Of a stretch of 64,000 nt of DNA, positions 45,166-54,480 are shown piece after piece. The stretch is taken from the NCBI GenBank assembly GCA_043810775.1, contig JBDRNU010000007.1, forward strand, positions 5,050-69,049, given 5' to 3'. Within the stretch, counting starts at the first letter, position 1. Each line of letters begins with the position of its first letter. The translations under genes and the position numbers were made by a program. The notes below the pieces were generated by a model. It worked only from the letters and a program-made list of their open reading frames with translations. It was not told where the DNA came from and searched no databases. Source of the stretch: an archaeon (GTDB taxonomy: Archaea; Nanobdellota; Nanobdellia; Pacearchaeales; GW2011-AR1).

Positions 45166-46305
45166 ATGGTTTTTGATAGCCTAAGGGAATCTATAAGTGA
45201 TTTGAATAAAAGACTTGTTAGTAGAATTACAGGCGGCAAGAAAAAACAACAAGGGAAAAATCCACAAGTTAAAACTAAATCGTCAGTGCCAACTCCCCCT
45301 TCAATCACTAGAGAAAAAACTCCTCAAAAAGAATCTATTTCTATTTCTCCTAAAGAATTAGCTCCTTCTGCTCAAGAATCAGCAGTAGAAAATTATATGC
45401 GAAATTATCCAGAGCAATATAAGCAGGAGCAGGAGTTCAATCAATTTAAACAGACTCTTTATAATGCAGAAGCTAATAGAAAAGCAGCTTATACTCTAGC
45501 TTACTCAATTGGAAAAGACATACACGGAAAGGAAAAAATAGAAGTATTAAATTATTCAGCACTAACTGATTTAAAGCCTATTTTTTATGAAAAATATAAT
45601 AAAAAATCTTTTAGAGGAGTAATTGCAGCAGTTAAAACTCCTCAGGGAAAAAAGCAAAATATTCTTACAGCTAAGACAGTTCATAATCTTCTTAAAAAGC
45701 TAGAAAAAGACGGAATAGAGCCAGTTTCACTTGAGCAAAGAATTAAGCTATTTAGAGAAAGGCAAATAAAATCAACTAAGCCAGTTGATATTTCTGGCAC
45801 TACTTATAGTGAAGATGTAGGATACGCATCTTTAAGAAAAATGAATGACGAGCTTAAAGCTCAAAAAAAACCTCCAGCTTTCCGGTTTCCAGGTGAAAGT
45901 AAACCAATATATGAATATATTAAAGAGCCAGAACCTCCAAAAGTTGATTCAAGTACAGGCCAGCTAATAAAGCCCAAAGATCCTAGGCAAGAATTAAGGG
46001 AAAGAGTTAAAAAAAGCTATGAAAGCATAAAAAATATTCTTGGAAAAGATATTAATCTAATTATTAAAGATTCAGAAGAAAACGAGCTTTATCGCGGAAA
46101 AGATTCACAAGCTATTTATCAGGTTCTCTGGGAACAGCTTGGGCAAGATACCTATCCACTAAGCTTTTCATATGAAGGTAAGTCTGACCCTTCAAAGCTC
46201 TATGATTTAATTTTTTGTGAAAAAATAGATTCAAATCTTCATGAAGAGCTTCAATGCCACTACTGGACTATAACTAGAAAAGAGTCACTTCAGCTTAAGG
46301 ATTAG
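45166..46305 (+). CDS. Hypothetical protein
   Basis: Track ORF starts at GTG 45124. ATG 45166 lies 22-29 nt downstream of a TTTATATA box (45137-45144), suggesting a leaderless start. Confidence 0.55.
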   Translation: MVFDSLRESISDLNKRLVSRITGGKKKQQGKNPQVKTKSSVPTPPSITREKTPQKESISISPKELAPSAQESAVENYMRNYPEQYKQEQEFNQFKQTLYNAEANRKAAYTLAYSIGKDIHGKEKIEVLNYSALTDLKPIFYEKYNKKSFRGVIAAVKTPQGKKQNILTAKTVHNLLKKLEKDGIEPVSLEQRIKLFRERQIKSTKPVDISGTTYSEDVGYASLRKMNDELKAQKKPPAFRFPGESKPIYEYIKEPEPPKVDSSTGQLIKPKDPRQELRERVKKSYESIKNILGKDINLIIKDSEENELYRGKDSQAIYQVLWEQLGQDTYPLSFSYEGKSDPSKLYDLIFCEKIDSNLHEELQCHYWTITRKESLQLKD

Positions 46306-46618
46306 CTTGCTCATTTTTCCTTAAGTAAGGCCCTCCATGAACAATCTGCATTCTTGAAGAAACTGTTTCTTGGAATTCTTTAAAATGATAAACTACAGTT
46401 CCCCCAACTTTTTCTACATCAAATGATTCTTCCCAATACTCTGTAGCACAATGATCATGGGGCTGTTCAGGGAGTTTTGGAGGAGAAGCTAATAATAAAA
46501 TATTTTCATATAAAATCTCTTTAAATCTGTTTTCATCTGGAATATGCATACCATTACTAAAATGCAAGTGAATCTTCACTCTATCTTCAAGCTCTTCAAC
46601 TTTTTCAATTACAGGCAT
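46295..46618 (-). CDS. Hypothetical protein
   Basis: 107 aa. Convergent with the 45166..46305 gene, with an 11-nt overlap. Confidence 0.45.
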   Translation of the reverse strand: MPVIEKVEELEDRVKIHLHFSNGMHIPDENRFKEILYENILLLASPPKLPEQPHDHCATEYWEESFDVEKVGGTVVYHFKEFQETVSSRMQIVHGGPYLRKNEQANP

Positions 46619-46657
46619 TAAAGTAAATACTTAATAGAATATTTAAATTTTATTATA

Positions 46658-46870
46658 CTAAGTTGCTAGGAACTTAAGCACTTCATATACTAAAAAAGCA
46701 GGCCATACTAATGCTTTTAAAAATCCAAGAACTCCATTCCAAAAGCCAGTTGCCTGCTGTATATAATATACTGCAGCTCCTAAAAATCCTAAGAAATAAG
46801 TACAACCTCCACAAGCACCACTGCATGAACCACACTTAAGTCTTTCTTTATCAGTTTTTCTTCTTGCCAT
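46658..46870 (-). CDS. Small membrane protein with an N-terminal Cys-rich motif
   Basis: 70 aa. CGSCSGACGGC followed by two hydrophobic helices. Confidence 0.5.
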   Translation of the reverse strand: MARRKTDKERLKCGSCSGACGGCTYFLGFLGAAVYYIQQATGFWNGVLGFLKALVWPAFLVYEVLKFLAT

Positions 46871-46924
46871 GTTAATATTAATAATTTAAGTTATTTAAAT
46901 CTTTAGAAATATAAACTGTTTATT

Positions 46925-47086
46925 TCACTTTCTCTTCCTTGATTTGATTACTAGAAAGGTAATTAAAATTATGAAAAATAATGCAGTTCCTGAATATGCT
47001 AAAAAATTACTTTCTGGATTTGGAAAAAAGAACAAAGTAAGAACTCCAATAATAATGATTATTAGGATTAAATTATTGATTTTCAT
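46925..47086 (-). CDS. Possible 53-aa two-TM membrane peptide (below the ORF-track size cutoff)
   Basis: Hand translation: MKINNLILIIIIIGVLTLFFFPNPESNFLAYSGTALFFIILITFLVIKSRKRK, then stop. Confidence 0.3.
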   Translation of the reverse strand: MKINNLILIIIIIGVLTLFFFPNPESNFLAYSGTALFFIILITFLVIKSRKRK

Positions 47087-47095
47087 TATAAAATA

Positions 47096-47202
47096 TGGGC
47101 CTGCGCAGAATTGAACTGCGGATCTACTCGGTGTAAACGAGTCGTCATTTGCGGGCTTCTAAAATGATTATTTCAAGAAGCTAACCACTAGACCACAGGC
47201 CC
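47096..47202 (-). tRNA. tRNA-Val (anticodon UAC) with a 34-nt non-canonical intron in the D-loop
   Basis: Reverse strand reads GGGCCTG TG GTCT AGTGGTTA [34 nt] TGAC G ACTCG TTTACAC CGAGT AGATC CGCAG TTCAATT CTGCG CAGGCCC A. It has a 7-bp acceptor stem, 5-bp anticodon and T stems, and discriminator A. No encoded CCA. Confidence 0.85.
47148..47181 (-). other. tRNA-Val intron (between nucleotides 21 and 22 of the mature tRNA; boundaries +/- 1-2 nt)
   Basis: Removing GCTTCTTGAAATAATCATTTTAGAAGCCCGCAAA restores the canonical tRNA-Val D-arm GGTCTAGTGGTTATGAC. The insert contains its own 6-bp hairpin GCTTCT/AGAAGC. The flanking GTTA/TGAC can pair, giving a relaxed bulge-helix-type structure. Confidence 0.7.
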
Positions 47203-47208
47203 ATTAGA

Positions 47209-48108
47209 CTAAGAAGATTTACTCATTAAAAAGCTTTCTGTTTCTTTAGAAGTTGGAATTTTTCCAATTTTAATAAATTGTTTAAACTTAAATAAATTTT
47301 TAGGATTTGATGAACCAATAATCTTATAAAATTGATTAATTTTATTTTCACCATAAATAAGTATTCCTTTATTATACTTACCAACTTTTATTCCGAGATG
47401 ATTAAAACCTAAACAAATTGAATCTCTAAGAGATTCTGAAGTTACTGACAAATGAATCATTGCTTTAGAGTGAGGATGTGCAGATAAACTTCCATCTGTG
47501 TCAAATAATCCTCTAATACAGTATGAGGTTAACTCATTATTTTTTAAAATATACTTTGGTATCTTTATTTTATGATTTAATTTCTTCCCCTTAGGAAATC
47601 CTATTTTTAATAAGTATTCTGAAATGGGTTTGCTATACATAATTAATCGTAGTGACCTATTAGCATTTGATAAGTTTATCCTAGGAGTCATATTAAATAG
47701 GTTTTTCAAAAGCTTTTTCAAATAATTCTCAAAATATTCTCTTTCAAGAATTTTATCGCCACTAATACATATTCCTTTAAGATCAGAATAGAGACATCCA
47801 TCTCCAAGCATTATCCCATAAAATTCTGCAAATTCTTTTGTATTTTTGCTTGGTAATAAATATGGTTTAAAATATTTATTACCAGATTTTTGCCCCCAAT
47901 ATGGTTCTAAAATTTCAATTTTGCTTTTGAAATCCTCAAAAGATAATTTAGGATTTAATCTAATAAGCTTTCTAAAAACTGATAAAGGAATTGTATTTCC
48001 TTTAATCAACCAATCATATCTTAGAGTATATTCACTAATACCTAATTCTTTAGCTAAATAAATAAAGCTTTTACCATTTTTTATTTCAAAAACTAGTGAG
48101 TTAATCAA
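47209..48108 (-). CDS. Free-standing double-motif LAGLIDADG homing-endonuclease-family protein with an N-terminal HTH-like region
   Basis: 299 aa. Two LAGLIDADG motifs (FYGIMLGDGCLY and IRGLFDTDGSLS). Stop lies 6 nt from the tRNA-Val 5' end. Confidence 0.85.
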   Translation of the reverse strand: MINSLVFEIKNGKSFIYLAKELGISEYTLRYDWLIKGNTIPLSVFRKLIRLNPKLSFEDFKSKIEILEPYWGQKSGNKYFKPYLLPSKNTKEFAEFYGIMLGDGCLYSDLKGICISGDKILEREYFENYLKKLLKNLFNMTPRINLSNANRSLRLIMYSKPISEYLLKIGFPKGKKLNHKIKIPKYILKNNELTSYCIRGLFDTDGSLSAHPHSKAMIHLSVTSESLRDSICLGFNHLGIKVGKYNKGILIYGENKINQFYKIIGSSNPKNLFKFKQFIKIGKIPTSKETESFLMSKSS

Positions 48109-48196
48109 TTTTTTTGAAATTTTGACTCTTTTTTCAATAAATCATTGCCCAATTTTATTCATACTAATTAAACCACTATAATTTTTAAAAACATTT

Positions 48197-48796
48197 CTAT
48201 TCTAAATGTTTTGTATAATTAAAGGATTCAAATTCACTTCTTCCTTCTTCATCAATATTTACTATAGAAATAGTGGCATTTTTCCTCATAACATATTTTT
48301 CAGTATTTTGCAATGTATCTCCATGCAAATATGAAAGAAGGCAGGAAATTGGCCCTCCATGGCTTACAAAAAGCACAGATTTATCATGATGTTCACTTCT
48401 AATTTTTTCATAAAACTTTATAACTTTTTCCCAGACCTCTCCCATTGTCTCCCCCCCTTCTGGTTGAAATTCCCACCACTCTTGCCCTAATTTTTCTAAA
48501 TCATTTTGACTCACTTCTCGCGGTTTGCCCTCATATATTCCCTTTGACTGTTCTCTTAATTCAGGAATTTTCCTCATTTCAACTTCAGGATGAAACTTTA
48601 AAATTTCTTCAGCAGTTCTTACACATCTGTCCAAATCACTTGAATAGCAATAATCAATTTTATCATCTTTAAGTTTTAAAGCAGCTCTTCTTGCTTCATC
48701 CTCTCCTTTAAGAGTTAGTTTAGAATTAAAATGCCCTTGAGAGATTTTATTTAAATTTGCATGACTTTCACCATGTCTTACTATATATAATCTCAT
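48197..48796 (-). CDS. Histidine phosphatase family protein (phosphoglycerate-mutase-like)
   Basis: 199 aa. MRLYIVRHGESHANL (RHG catalytic motif); later SHGGPI. Confidence 0.85.
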   Translation of the reverse strand: MRLYIVRHGESHANLNKISQGHFNSKLTLKGEDEARRAALKLKDDKIDYCYSSDLDRCVRTAEEILKFHPEVEMRKIPELREQSKGIYEGKPREVSQNDLEKLGQEWWEFQPEGGETMGEVWEKVIKFYEKIRSEHHDKSVLFVSHGGPISCLLSYLHGDTLQNTEKYVMRKNATISIVNIDEEGRSEFESFNYTKHLE

Positions 48797-48818
48797 TTTA
48801 TACTGTAGAAATTCTACT

Positions 48819-49112
48819 TTATAAGCTGCTGCTTATATTCCCGCCGCATAAAAGATATAATGAAGGTTTCTTTTCGCCGCACTTATGACAAGTAACTTGT
48901 GTTTCAAAATGTTCCATTATTCCAGATAAGCCTTTCTCACAAATAAATTTTAGCTCGTCATGCTTTTGTTCACTCATTTCAACTTCAAGAACTCTATTAT
49001 CTGGATTAAAATCCAAAATACTTACATCCTTGTATATTTCAGACTCCCTTTCAATTTTTTCCCAGTCCCACTGTTTCTTAAGTAAAATTCCGTATTTTGC
49101 CATATTCTGCAT
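48819..49112 (-). CDS. Hypothetical protein
   Basis: 97 aa. CHKCGEKK...LLCGG suggests a possible small zinc-binding element. Confidence 0.4.
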   Translation of the reverse strand: MQNMAKYGILLKKQWDWEKIERESEIYKDVSILDFNPDNRVLEVEMSEQKHDELKFICEKGLSGIMEHFETQVTCHKCGEKKPSLYLLCGGNISSSL

Positions 49113-49274
49113 ATATTTAAAGTATTTTTAAACTTTATGGCACTAACAAAATTTAAATATAAACAAATCAACAGAAAGGTTAAGAGAGAGTAAAAGAAAA
49201 CCGTTAGGTGTTCATCACCCCCGAGGCATGTTTAATAGGAGGGTTTGATAAAGGGAACCTTTGGTGCCCTTTAT

Positions 49275-49346
49275 GCGCCAGTAGTATAGTGGTTATTATA
49301 CGGCGTTGCCAACGCTGTGGCCCGGGTTCGACTCCCGGCTGGCGCA
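49275..49346 (+). tRNA. tRNA-Gly (anticodon GCC), intron-less
   Basis: GCGCCAG TA GTAT AGTGGTTA TTAT A CGGCG TTGCCAA CGCTG TGGC CCGGG TTCGACT CCCGG CTGGCGC A. Discriminator A. No encoded CCA. TATA-like TTTGATAAA lies about 27 nt upstream. Confidence 0.88.
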
Positions 49347-49349
49347 TTC

Positions 49350-49375
49350 ATGGGATTGAAAAATCCCATTTTATT
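49350..49375 (+). terminator. Hairpin (8-bp stem, GAAA tetraloop) followed by a T-rich tract directly after tRNA-Gly
   Basis: ATGGGATT-GAAA-AATCCCAT (49350-49369), then TTTATT. Confidence 0.45.
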
Positions 49376-49478
49376 CTACCGGTATTTGGAGAGAGTACTC
49401 TGAAAGTGATGGTTTCGAATCACGAGCGATTTCACGAGTAAAAAGCAATGTAGCCCAGAACGAGTGAGGTCGCGAGAA

Positions 49479-49490
49479 GGCTGGCGCATT
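49479..49490 (+). repeat. 12-nt duplicate of the tRNA-Gly 3' end (GGCTGGCGCATT), 142 bp downstream of the original (49337-49348)
   Basis: Exact repeat read from the sequence. A shorter third copy, TGGCGCAT, is at 49536-49543. Confidence 0.6.
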
Positions 49491-49560
49491 TGACTTTGCT
49501 ATATAGTAAGATCAATAAGAAGTCAGGTGCGTCATTGGCGCATATGATTTCACTATCTAA

Positions 49561-50199
49561 TTAGTCTGCCATCATAGGCCCATTATCTATCATTAAAAGA
49601 GCAGCTTCTATCCCAATATCTAATTTAGCTGTTTTATAGCCTTTATCACCTTCAACTGCATCAGCTCTATGAAAAGTATAAGCTCCTAAATCTCTAAACT
49701 CTCCAAACTCCCTTATAGCATCTATCATGCTTCCACTATATCTTAAAAACCCATTTGGAGAAGCCTGCATACTAGCAGCCTCTCTCAGTGTCTCATAATC
49801 TCTTGGATTAAAACTCCTTACTAAAATAACTTCTCTCTTATCAAGATTAATCATCCCTACACTTTTCCCATTAGAAATAAAGCACTTATCTATAATACAC
49901 GAACTATCTGGGAATCTTGCAGCAACAAAACCATTTTCCTCAATTAAGAATCCCTCTTCATCTTTCTGAGCTAATAATTTTTTTATTGTTTTATCTTCGA
50001 GATGTACTCCCCTTATATAGTTTCCATATCTCATTAAAGCAGTTGCATAACCCTCATCACCTTTGTTAATAATTCTAATACCCTTCACACAGCTGCCTAA
50101 TCTAACATCAATCCCTTTTACTACATCCTTCCCTTCTACTAAATCTCTTAACCCAAATTCATAAGTTCTAAAAGGATTAGTATTATGGATTTTTCCCAT
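49561..50199 (-). CDS. Hypothetical protein
   Basis: 212 aa. No motif recognised. Confidence 0.5.
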   Translation of the reverse strand: MGKIHNTNPFRTYEFGLRDLVEGKDVVKGIDVRLGSCVKGIRIINKGDEGYATALMRYGNYIRGVHLEDKTIKKLLAQKDEEGFLIEENGFVAARFPDSSCIIDKCFISNGKSVGMINLDKREVILVRSFNPRDYETLREAASMQASPNGFLRYSGSMIDAIREFGEFRDLGAYTFHRADAVEGDKGYKTAKLDIGIEAALLMIDNGPMMAD

Positions 50200-50226
50200 T
50201 TTATTTAAATTTCCCTTATTTTCATC

Positions 50227-51852
50227 TCAATCCATTCCACCCATTCCAGGAGGCATTCCACCATATCCTCCTCCCCCACCGCCTCCACCCCTGCTTGATG
50301 CAGCAATTACATCATCTATTCTTAATATCATCATTGCAACTTCAGAAGCAGAATCAATAGCCTGGGTCTTTATTCTAAGTGGCTCAACTATTCCTGCGCT
50401 TAAATTATCTTCAATCTTTCCAGTAAACAAGTTTAATCCAGCATTTTTCATTCCAGAATCATGCTTTGCTTTTAGTTCAGTTAAAGTATCAATAGGGTCT
50501 AGTCCTGCATTTTCAGCTAAAGTTACAGGAATATATTCAAGCGCAGAGGCAAACTCATCAACTGCAAGCTGTTCTCTCCCAGATAAACTCTGCCCGTAAA
50601 GCCTAAGCATTCTAGATAGCTCCATCTCAATAGCTCCTCCACCAGCCACAATCTTATCATCTTGAATTGCAGCAGACACATCTCCCAAGCCATCTTTTAT
50701 AGCTCTCTCAATTTCATCAATAACATGTTCAGTTCCGCCATGAATAAGTAAAGTCAAAGCCTTGGGATTATCACAGCCCTTAACATGAGTCATTGCCTCA
50801 TCTCCCTGCTTTACCTCTTCAACTATACTTGCCTTTCCAAGCTGTTCACTGGAAAGCTCATTTAAATTGCTGACTATCTTCCCGCCAGTGGCTCGTGCAA
50901 GTTTTTCCATGTCAGACTTTGCAATTCTTCTGCAGGCATAGATTTTTTCCTTAGCCAGATAATACTGGGCTACATCATCTATTCCCTTCTGGCAGAATAC
51001 AACACTAGCGCCAGAAGTTTTTATCTTTCTCACCATATCTTTCAGCATTTTATCTTCCTGTTCAATAAAGCTCTGTAATTGTTCAGGAGTTGAAATTGAA
51101 ATCTTAGTGTCAGTTTCAGGGCCTTTAATTTCTAATGCAGCATCTAATAATGCTATTCTTGCATTTTCAACTTTAAGAGGCATATCCATTGAAACCTTCT
51201 CCTTGTCAAAAACAATTCCAGAAATTAGTTCTGTACGGTCTATTCCAGATCCCTTGTTTTTTTCAATCTTAATATTGCTTAAATCTACTTTTCCATTTTC
51301 AGAAATCTGCTTCACAGCCTTTACAATCAAGTCAGCAAATTTTTCTTTGACTGATTCAGCGCCCTTTCCAGTCATTGCAGTCATCGCAATATTTTTTAAT
51401 ATCTGGTCATTATTGCCTACACTAGTGGCTAGCTCTTGAAGAATCTGCTGGGCTTTTTCAGCAGCTAATCTATACCCTTTAGTGATTACAGTTGGATGAA
51501 TCTTGTTATCAAGAAGCTTTTCTGCATTTTCTAAAAGCTTTCCTGCAAGCATTACAGCAGTAGTAGTTCCATCTCCTACCTCATTTTCCTGTGTCTTCGC
51601 TATCTCAACCATCATCTTAGCAGCAGGATGCTCAATTTCCATTTCTTCAAGAATAGTAACCCCGTCATTAGTAACAGTAATATCTCCAATACTGTCTACA
51701 AGCATCTTATCCATTCCTTTTGGCCCTAAAGTAGTTTTTACAGTATCTGCAACCAGCCTAGCAGCTAAGATATTATTTCTTTGCGCATCTTTCCCAATCA
51801 TTCTGCTCATATTCTCTGGCAAAATAAAAATTGGCTGTTTGTCGTTATTCAT
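50227..51852 (-). CDS. ths: Thermosome subunit (group II chaperonin)
   Basis: 541 aa. [34 protein letters not shown]. Gly/Met-rich C-terminal tail [19 protein letters not shown]. Confidence 0.95.
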   Translation of the reverse strand: MNNDKQPIFILPENMSRMIGKDAQRNNILAARLVADTVKTTLGPKGMDKMLVDSIGDITVTNDGVTILEEMEIEHPAAKMMVEIAKTQENEVGDGTTTAVMLAGKLLENAEKLLDNKIHPTVITKGYRLAAEKAQQILQELATSVGNNDQILKNIAMTAMTGKGAESVKEKFADLIVKAVKQISENGKVDLSNIKIEKNKGSGIDRTELISGIVFDKEKVSMDMPLKVENARIALLDAALEIKGPETDTKISISTPEQLQSFIEQEDKMLKDMVRKIKTSGASVVFCQKGIDDVAQYYLAKEKIYACRRIAKSDMEKLARATGGKIVSNLNELSSEQLGKASIVEEVKQGDEAMTHVKGCDNPKALTLLIHGGTEHVIDEIERAIKDGLGDVSAAIQDDKIVAGGGAIEMELSRMLRLYGQSLSGREQLAVDEFASALEYIPVTLAENAGLDPIDTLTELKAKHDSGMKNAGLNLFTGKIEDNLSAGIVEPLRIKTQAIDSASEVAMMILRIDDVIAASSRGGGGGGGGYGGMPPGMGGMD

Positions 51853-51904
51853 ATTTTTCTTCCTGATTTATACTTATTAAATTTTATTATACTGGATAAT
51901 CTAC

Positions 51905-53239
51905 TTATCCCCCGCTTGCTTTAACATAAGAATCTATTTTTTCAGCTGTTAAATTGCCCGCATTAATCTTATATCCTTCTTCACCTTCCATTTTTTTGAA
52001 AAATTCCCTGACTTCATTTAAAGATGAGCTAGTAGTAACTACATTTTCCAATCCATTTATGATTTTATATCCTGTATCTAGGAAGTTTCTAACAGTTTTT
52101 TCAAGATTAGCTAATCTATCTGTATCTTCTAAAAATGCTCTCCAGTAATCATGTCCTGCATTTAGTGGAATTCCGTGAGCTAGGGCTCCGTAGCTTCCTC
52201 TTAATGTACCTGCAATTAAAGCTCCTGCATAAAGCCCGGCAAAAAATTCAGCACTATCAATTGTTGTTATATAATCTGGACTAACTTTAAGTTTTTCAGC
52301 AAAAAGTTTAGTCTTAAGATAGTATTCTTCAAGAGTTCTAATAGCTCTTGTTTCTAAATTCATTTCAATAGCATCTCCATTTTCCTGAAGTTTTGAAAAA
52401 ATAGGATGTAAAGGCAGTGCCAAATCAAATACTAAAGGGCCTTTTTTTGTCTCTCCCGCATCTAAAAGCCTGCTTTTCATTACATGATGTGGGCAGGCTC
52501 CAATATCCCCGCTTATTACTTTTTTAAAGTCATTTTTTACAATATAAGTTTCAGCAATATCTTTAAAAGCCCTTCCTAATTTTTCTCTTTTATCTTCAGG
52601 AAGTCTTTCACCATTAGCTCCAAAATAAAGCCTGTCGCAATATTTTATGCAAGCCTTAGTTATTTTTTCAGAACTCATATAATCTTCAAGCTGTGCTAAT
52701 AATTCTCTTTCAATAATCCCACTGGCTACATGAAGCAATGCTATAGAAGAAATAGAGCTTTTTACATCATCCCATTTAGGAACCTCTTTTCTTCTCACAG
52801 CATCACTAACCATTCTCTGAAGTGTTAAATCAGGAACATACTCTCTGATTATAATCCTATTCTGGTCGCACTCAGGAACATTAGCACTATATAAGTAAGG
52901 AAATATTCTTACTTCTCTTCCATCAGTTGAAACCTTGATATTATTAGCAACACCAAGCACTGCTTTTTCAACTCTGAACTCCTTTTCATATTCCCCATTT
53001 TCACCGTCATATATTTTAAATACAGTTACTGGTTTAATAAGGATGTCAGAAGGCATGTCATATCCAGTTACTTTTACTCTAAATACCCTGGACTTTCTAT
53101 TTTCTTCAGGAGATATTTGATATGCTTCATAACTATTCACAGTCATGTCTCCAAAATTTCTGGAATAAACTTTTGACAATAAGTTGCATACTATTTCAGG
53201 CTCAATTCCAATATCTGCATTAGTATTTTCTTCATTCAT
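51905..53239 (-). CDS. Hypothetical protein, possibly a divergent kinase-like/phosphotransferase fold
   Basis: 444 aa. Weak resemblance only (VFKIYDGENGEYEKEF, IIREYVPDLTL, ISGDIGACPHHVM). Confidence 0.35.
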   Translation of the reverse strand: MNEENTNADIGIEPEIVCNLLSKVYSRNFGDMTVNSYEAYQISPEENRKSRVFRVKVTGYDMPSDILIKPVTVFKIYDGENGEYEKEFRVEKAVLGVANNIKVSTDGREVRIFPYLYSANVPECDQNRIIIREYVPDLTLQRMVSDAVRRKEVPKWDDVKSSISSIALLHVASGIIERELLAQLEDYMSSEKITKACIKYCDRLYFGANGERLPEDKREKLGRAFKDIAETYIVKNDFKKVISGDIGACPHHVMKSRLLDAGETKKGPLVFDLALPLHPIFSKLQENGDAIEMNLETRAIRTLEEYYLKTKLFAEKLKVSPDYITTIDSAEFFAGLYAGALIAGTLRGSYGALAHGIPLNAGHDYWRAFLEDTDRLANLEKTVRNFLDTGYKIINGLENVVTTSSSLNEVREFFKKMEGEEGYKINAGNLTAEKIDSYVKASGG

Positions 53240-53240
53240 T

Positions 53241-54203
53241 TTAAATTATATTATAAATTATAATTTTATTTATCTGGTGAATCTTAGCTCTTATCTGCTT
53301 GAGTTTTTCTCCAATTTTAGCTATGTTAGCTTCCTTATCATCAGCTATAAGGCTGATTTTCTTCATTATATTATCCTTATTTAGTATAACTTGCATAGCC
53401 AAATCCTTATCCTTTTTATAATAAGAATTTATAAGTTCAATATAGCACTGCTTTAATTCTAAAAAAACCTCGCTAATTTTCTTAGTCTTGTCTTTTTGAA
53501 TCTCATCATTCTTTAAAAATCTTGCGATTCTCTTGATTTCATCCCCTACATGCTCTAAATTATATGCAAGCCACCAGTGATTAAACATTTCTAATCCATC
53601 AAGCTTTAGCATATTCAATACTGAAGGATTATTTGCTCCCTTAATAAGAATTTTATTAATTAAAAAATAAAATTTATTTATATCTTCATCAGCTTCATAA
53701 ATTTCATTAAACTGCTTGGAGTTTAGCTTGCCTTCATTAAATCCAGCTTCAAGAAGTTCAAGCATGTTCCTTATATTATTGTCAATTCTCTTGACAAAAT
53801 TAGACATATTTACCTCTTCTAAGTCAAAATAATCCCTGGCAACTAGCCTGTCCTTATCATCTTCAATAATTTCCAGTCCAATCAGGTAGTTTAGCAATTT
53901 TTTTACTTTAGGCTTCTTGTCGCTGTCTAGCCCTTTAATTTCAAAAGTATTAAAATCCTGTGCATAAGCTACAGAAATCTCTCTTTTCATTGTATCCTCT
54001 CCAATTACATTGGAAAAATCCAAAACTTTTTTGTTCTCGCCGTTAATTTTTTTATAAGTAGGGCTGATTGTTATCTCTCCATTTGCACTTCTCTCTAAGA
54101 ATATATGGTCCCCTTTTTTCAAGCCTGACTTATCAATCCAGTCTTTAGGTAAAGCCAAAGCAAAGCTTGAATTCCCAAGTCTGATTAATTTTCTTTGTTC
54201 CAT
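53241..54203 (-). CDS. AbrB/SpoVT-domain + PhoU-domain phosphate-uptake-regulator-like protein
   Basis: 320 aa. N-terminal swapped-hairpin motif (KLIRLGNSSFALALPKDWIDKSGLKKGDHIFLE), followed by PhoU-like helical repeats. Confidence 0.78.
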   Translation of the reverse strand: MEQRKLIRLGNSSFALALPKDWIDKSGLKKGDHIFLERSANGEITISPTYKKINGENKKVLDFSNVIGEDTMKREISVAYAQDFNTFEIKGLDSDKKPKVKKLLNYLIGLEIIEDDKDRLVARDYFDLEEVNMSNFVKRIDNNIRNMLELLEAGFNEGKLNSKQFNEIYEADEDINKFYFLINKILIKGANNPSVLNMLKLDGLEMFNHWWLAYNLEHVGDEIKRIARFLKNDEIQKDKTKKISEVFLELKQCYIELINSYYKKDKDLAMQVILNKDNIMKKISLIADDKEANIAKIGEKLKQIRAKIHQINKIIIYNII

Positions 54204-54316
54204 AATTTATACCCCTTAGACTTTCAAAATTATTAAAATGCGGAAAGTCAAATCTAAGTTTTTTCCACATGAAATGCAGGTTAATTTAGTTTTTAAAGCA
54301 ATATTATAATATAAAG

Positions 54317-54450
54317 TATATATTAAAGAATATATATTAGTAATACTTGTATATACTAAAAAGAATAAAGTTAACACTCTTTTCAAATTAAGTATATAAG
54401 ATATATATTACATTTCCATTACCAATAAAAGTATCTATTACTATATATTA
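54317..54450. repeat. Four exact copies of the 9-mer TATATATTA in the phoU-like/CBS divergent intergenic region
   Basis: Copies at 54317-54325, 54331-54339, 54402-54410 and 54442-54450. Confidence 0.6.
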
Positions 54451-54453
54451 TTA

Positions 54454-54480
54454 CAGCGAGGCTGGCTGGATCCCTCGCTG
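54454..54480. other. GC-rich 8-bp hairpin CAGCGAGG-(11 nt)-CCTCGCTG in an otherwise AT-rich 383-bp intergenic region
   Basis: Read directly from the sequence. Followed by weaker stems and a T-rich tract (TTTATTTTTTC) near 54527-54537. Confidence 0.4.

Noticed and set aside
49208-49441. 77-aa plus-strand ORF
   Set aside because: It spans the complete tRNA-Gly gene and its terminator hairpin, so the RNA gene explains the open frame.
49380-49492. Split tRNA half or tRNA pseudogene downstream of tRNA-Gly (T-arm-like GTGATGGTTTCGAATCAC plus acceptor-like CTGGCGCA)
   Set aside because: The T-arm-like stem has an 8-nt loop and is about 65 nt from the acceptor-like copy. No D or anticodon arm can be built, and there is no complementary leader as in Nanoarchaeum split tRNAs. 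It is kept only as part of the att-remnant hypothesis.
51107-51880. Plus-strand ORFs 51107..51439 and 51503..51880
   Set aside because: They are antisense to the thermosome gene.
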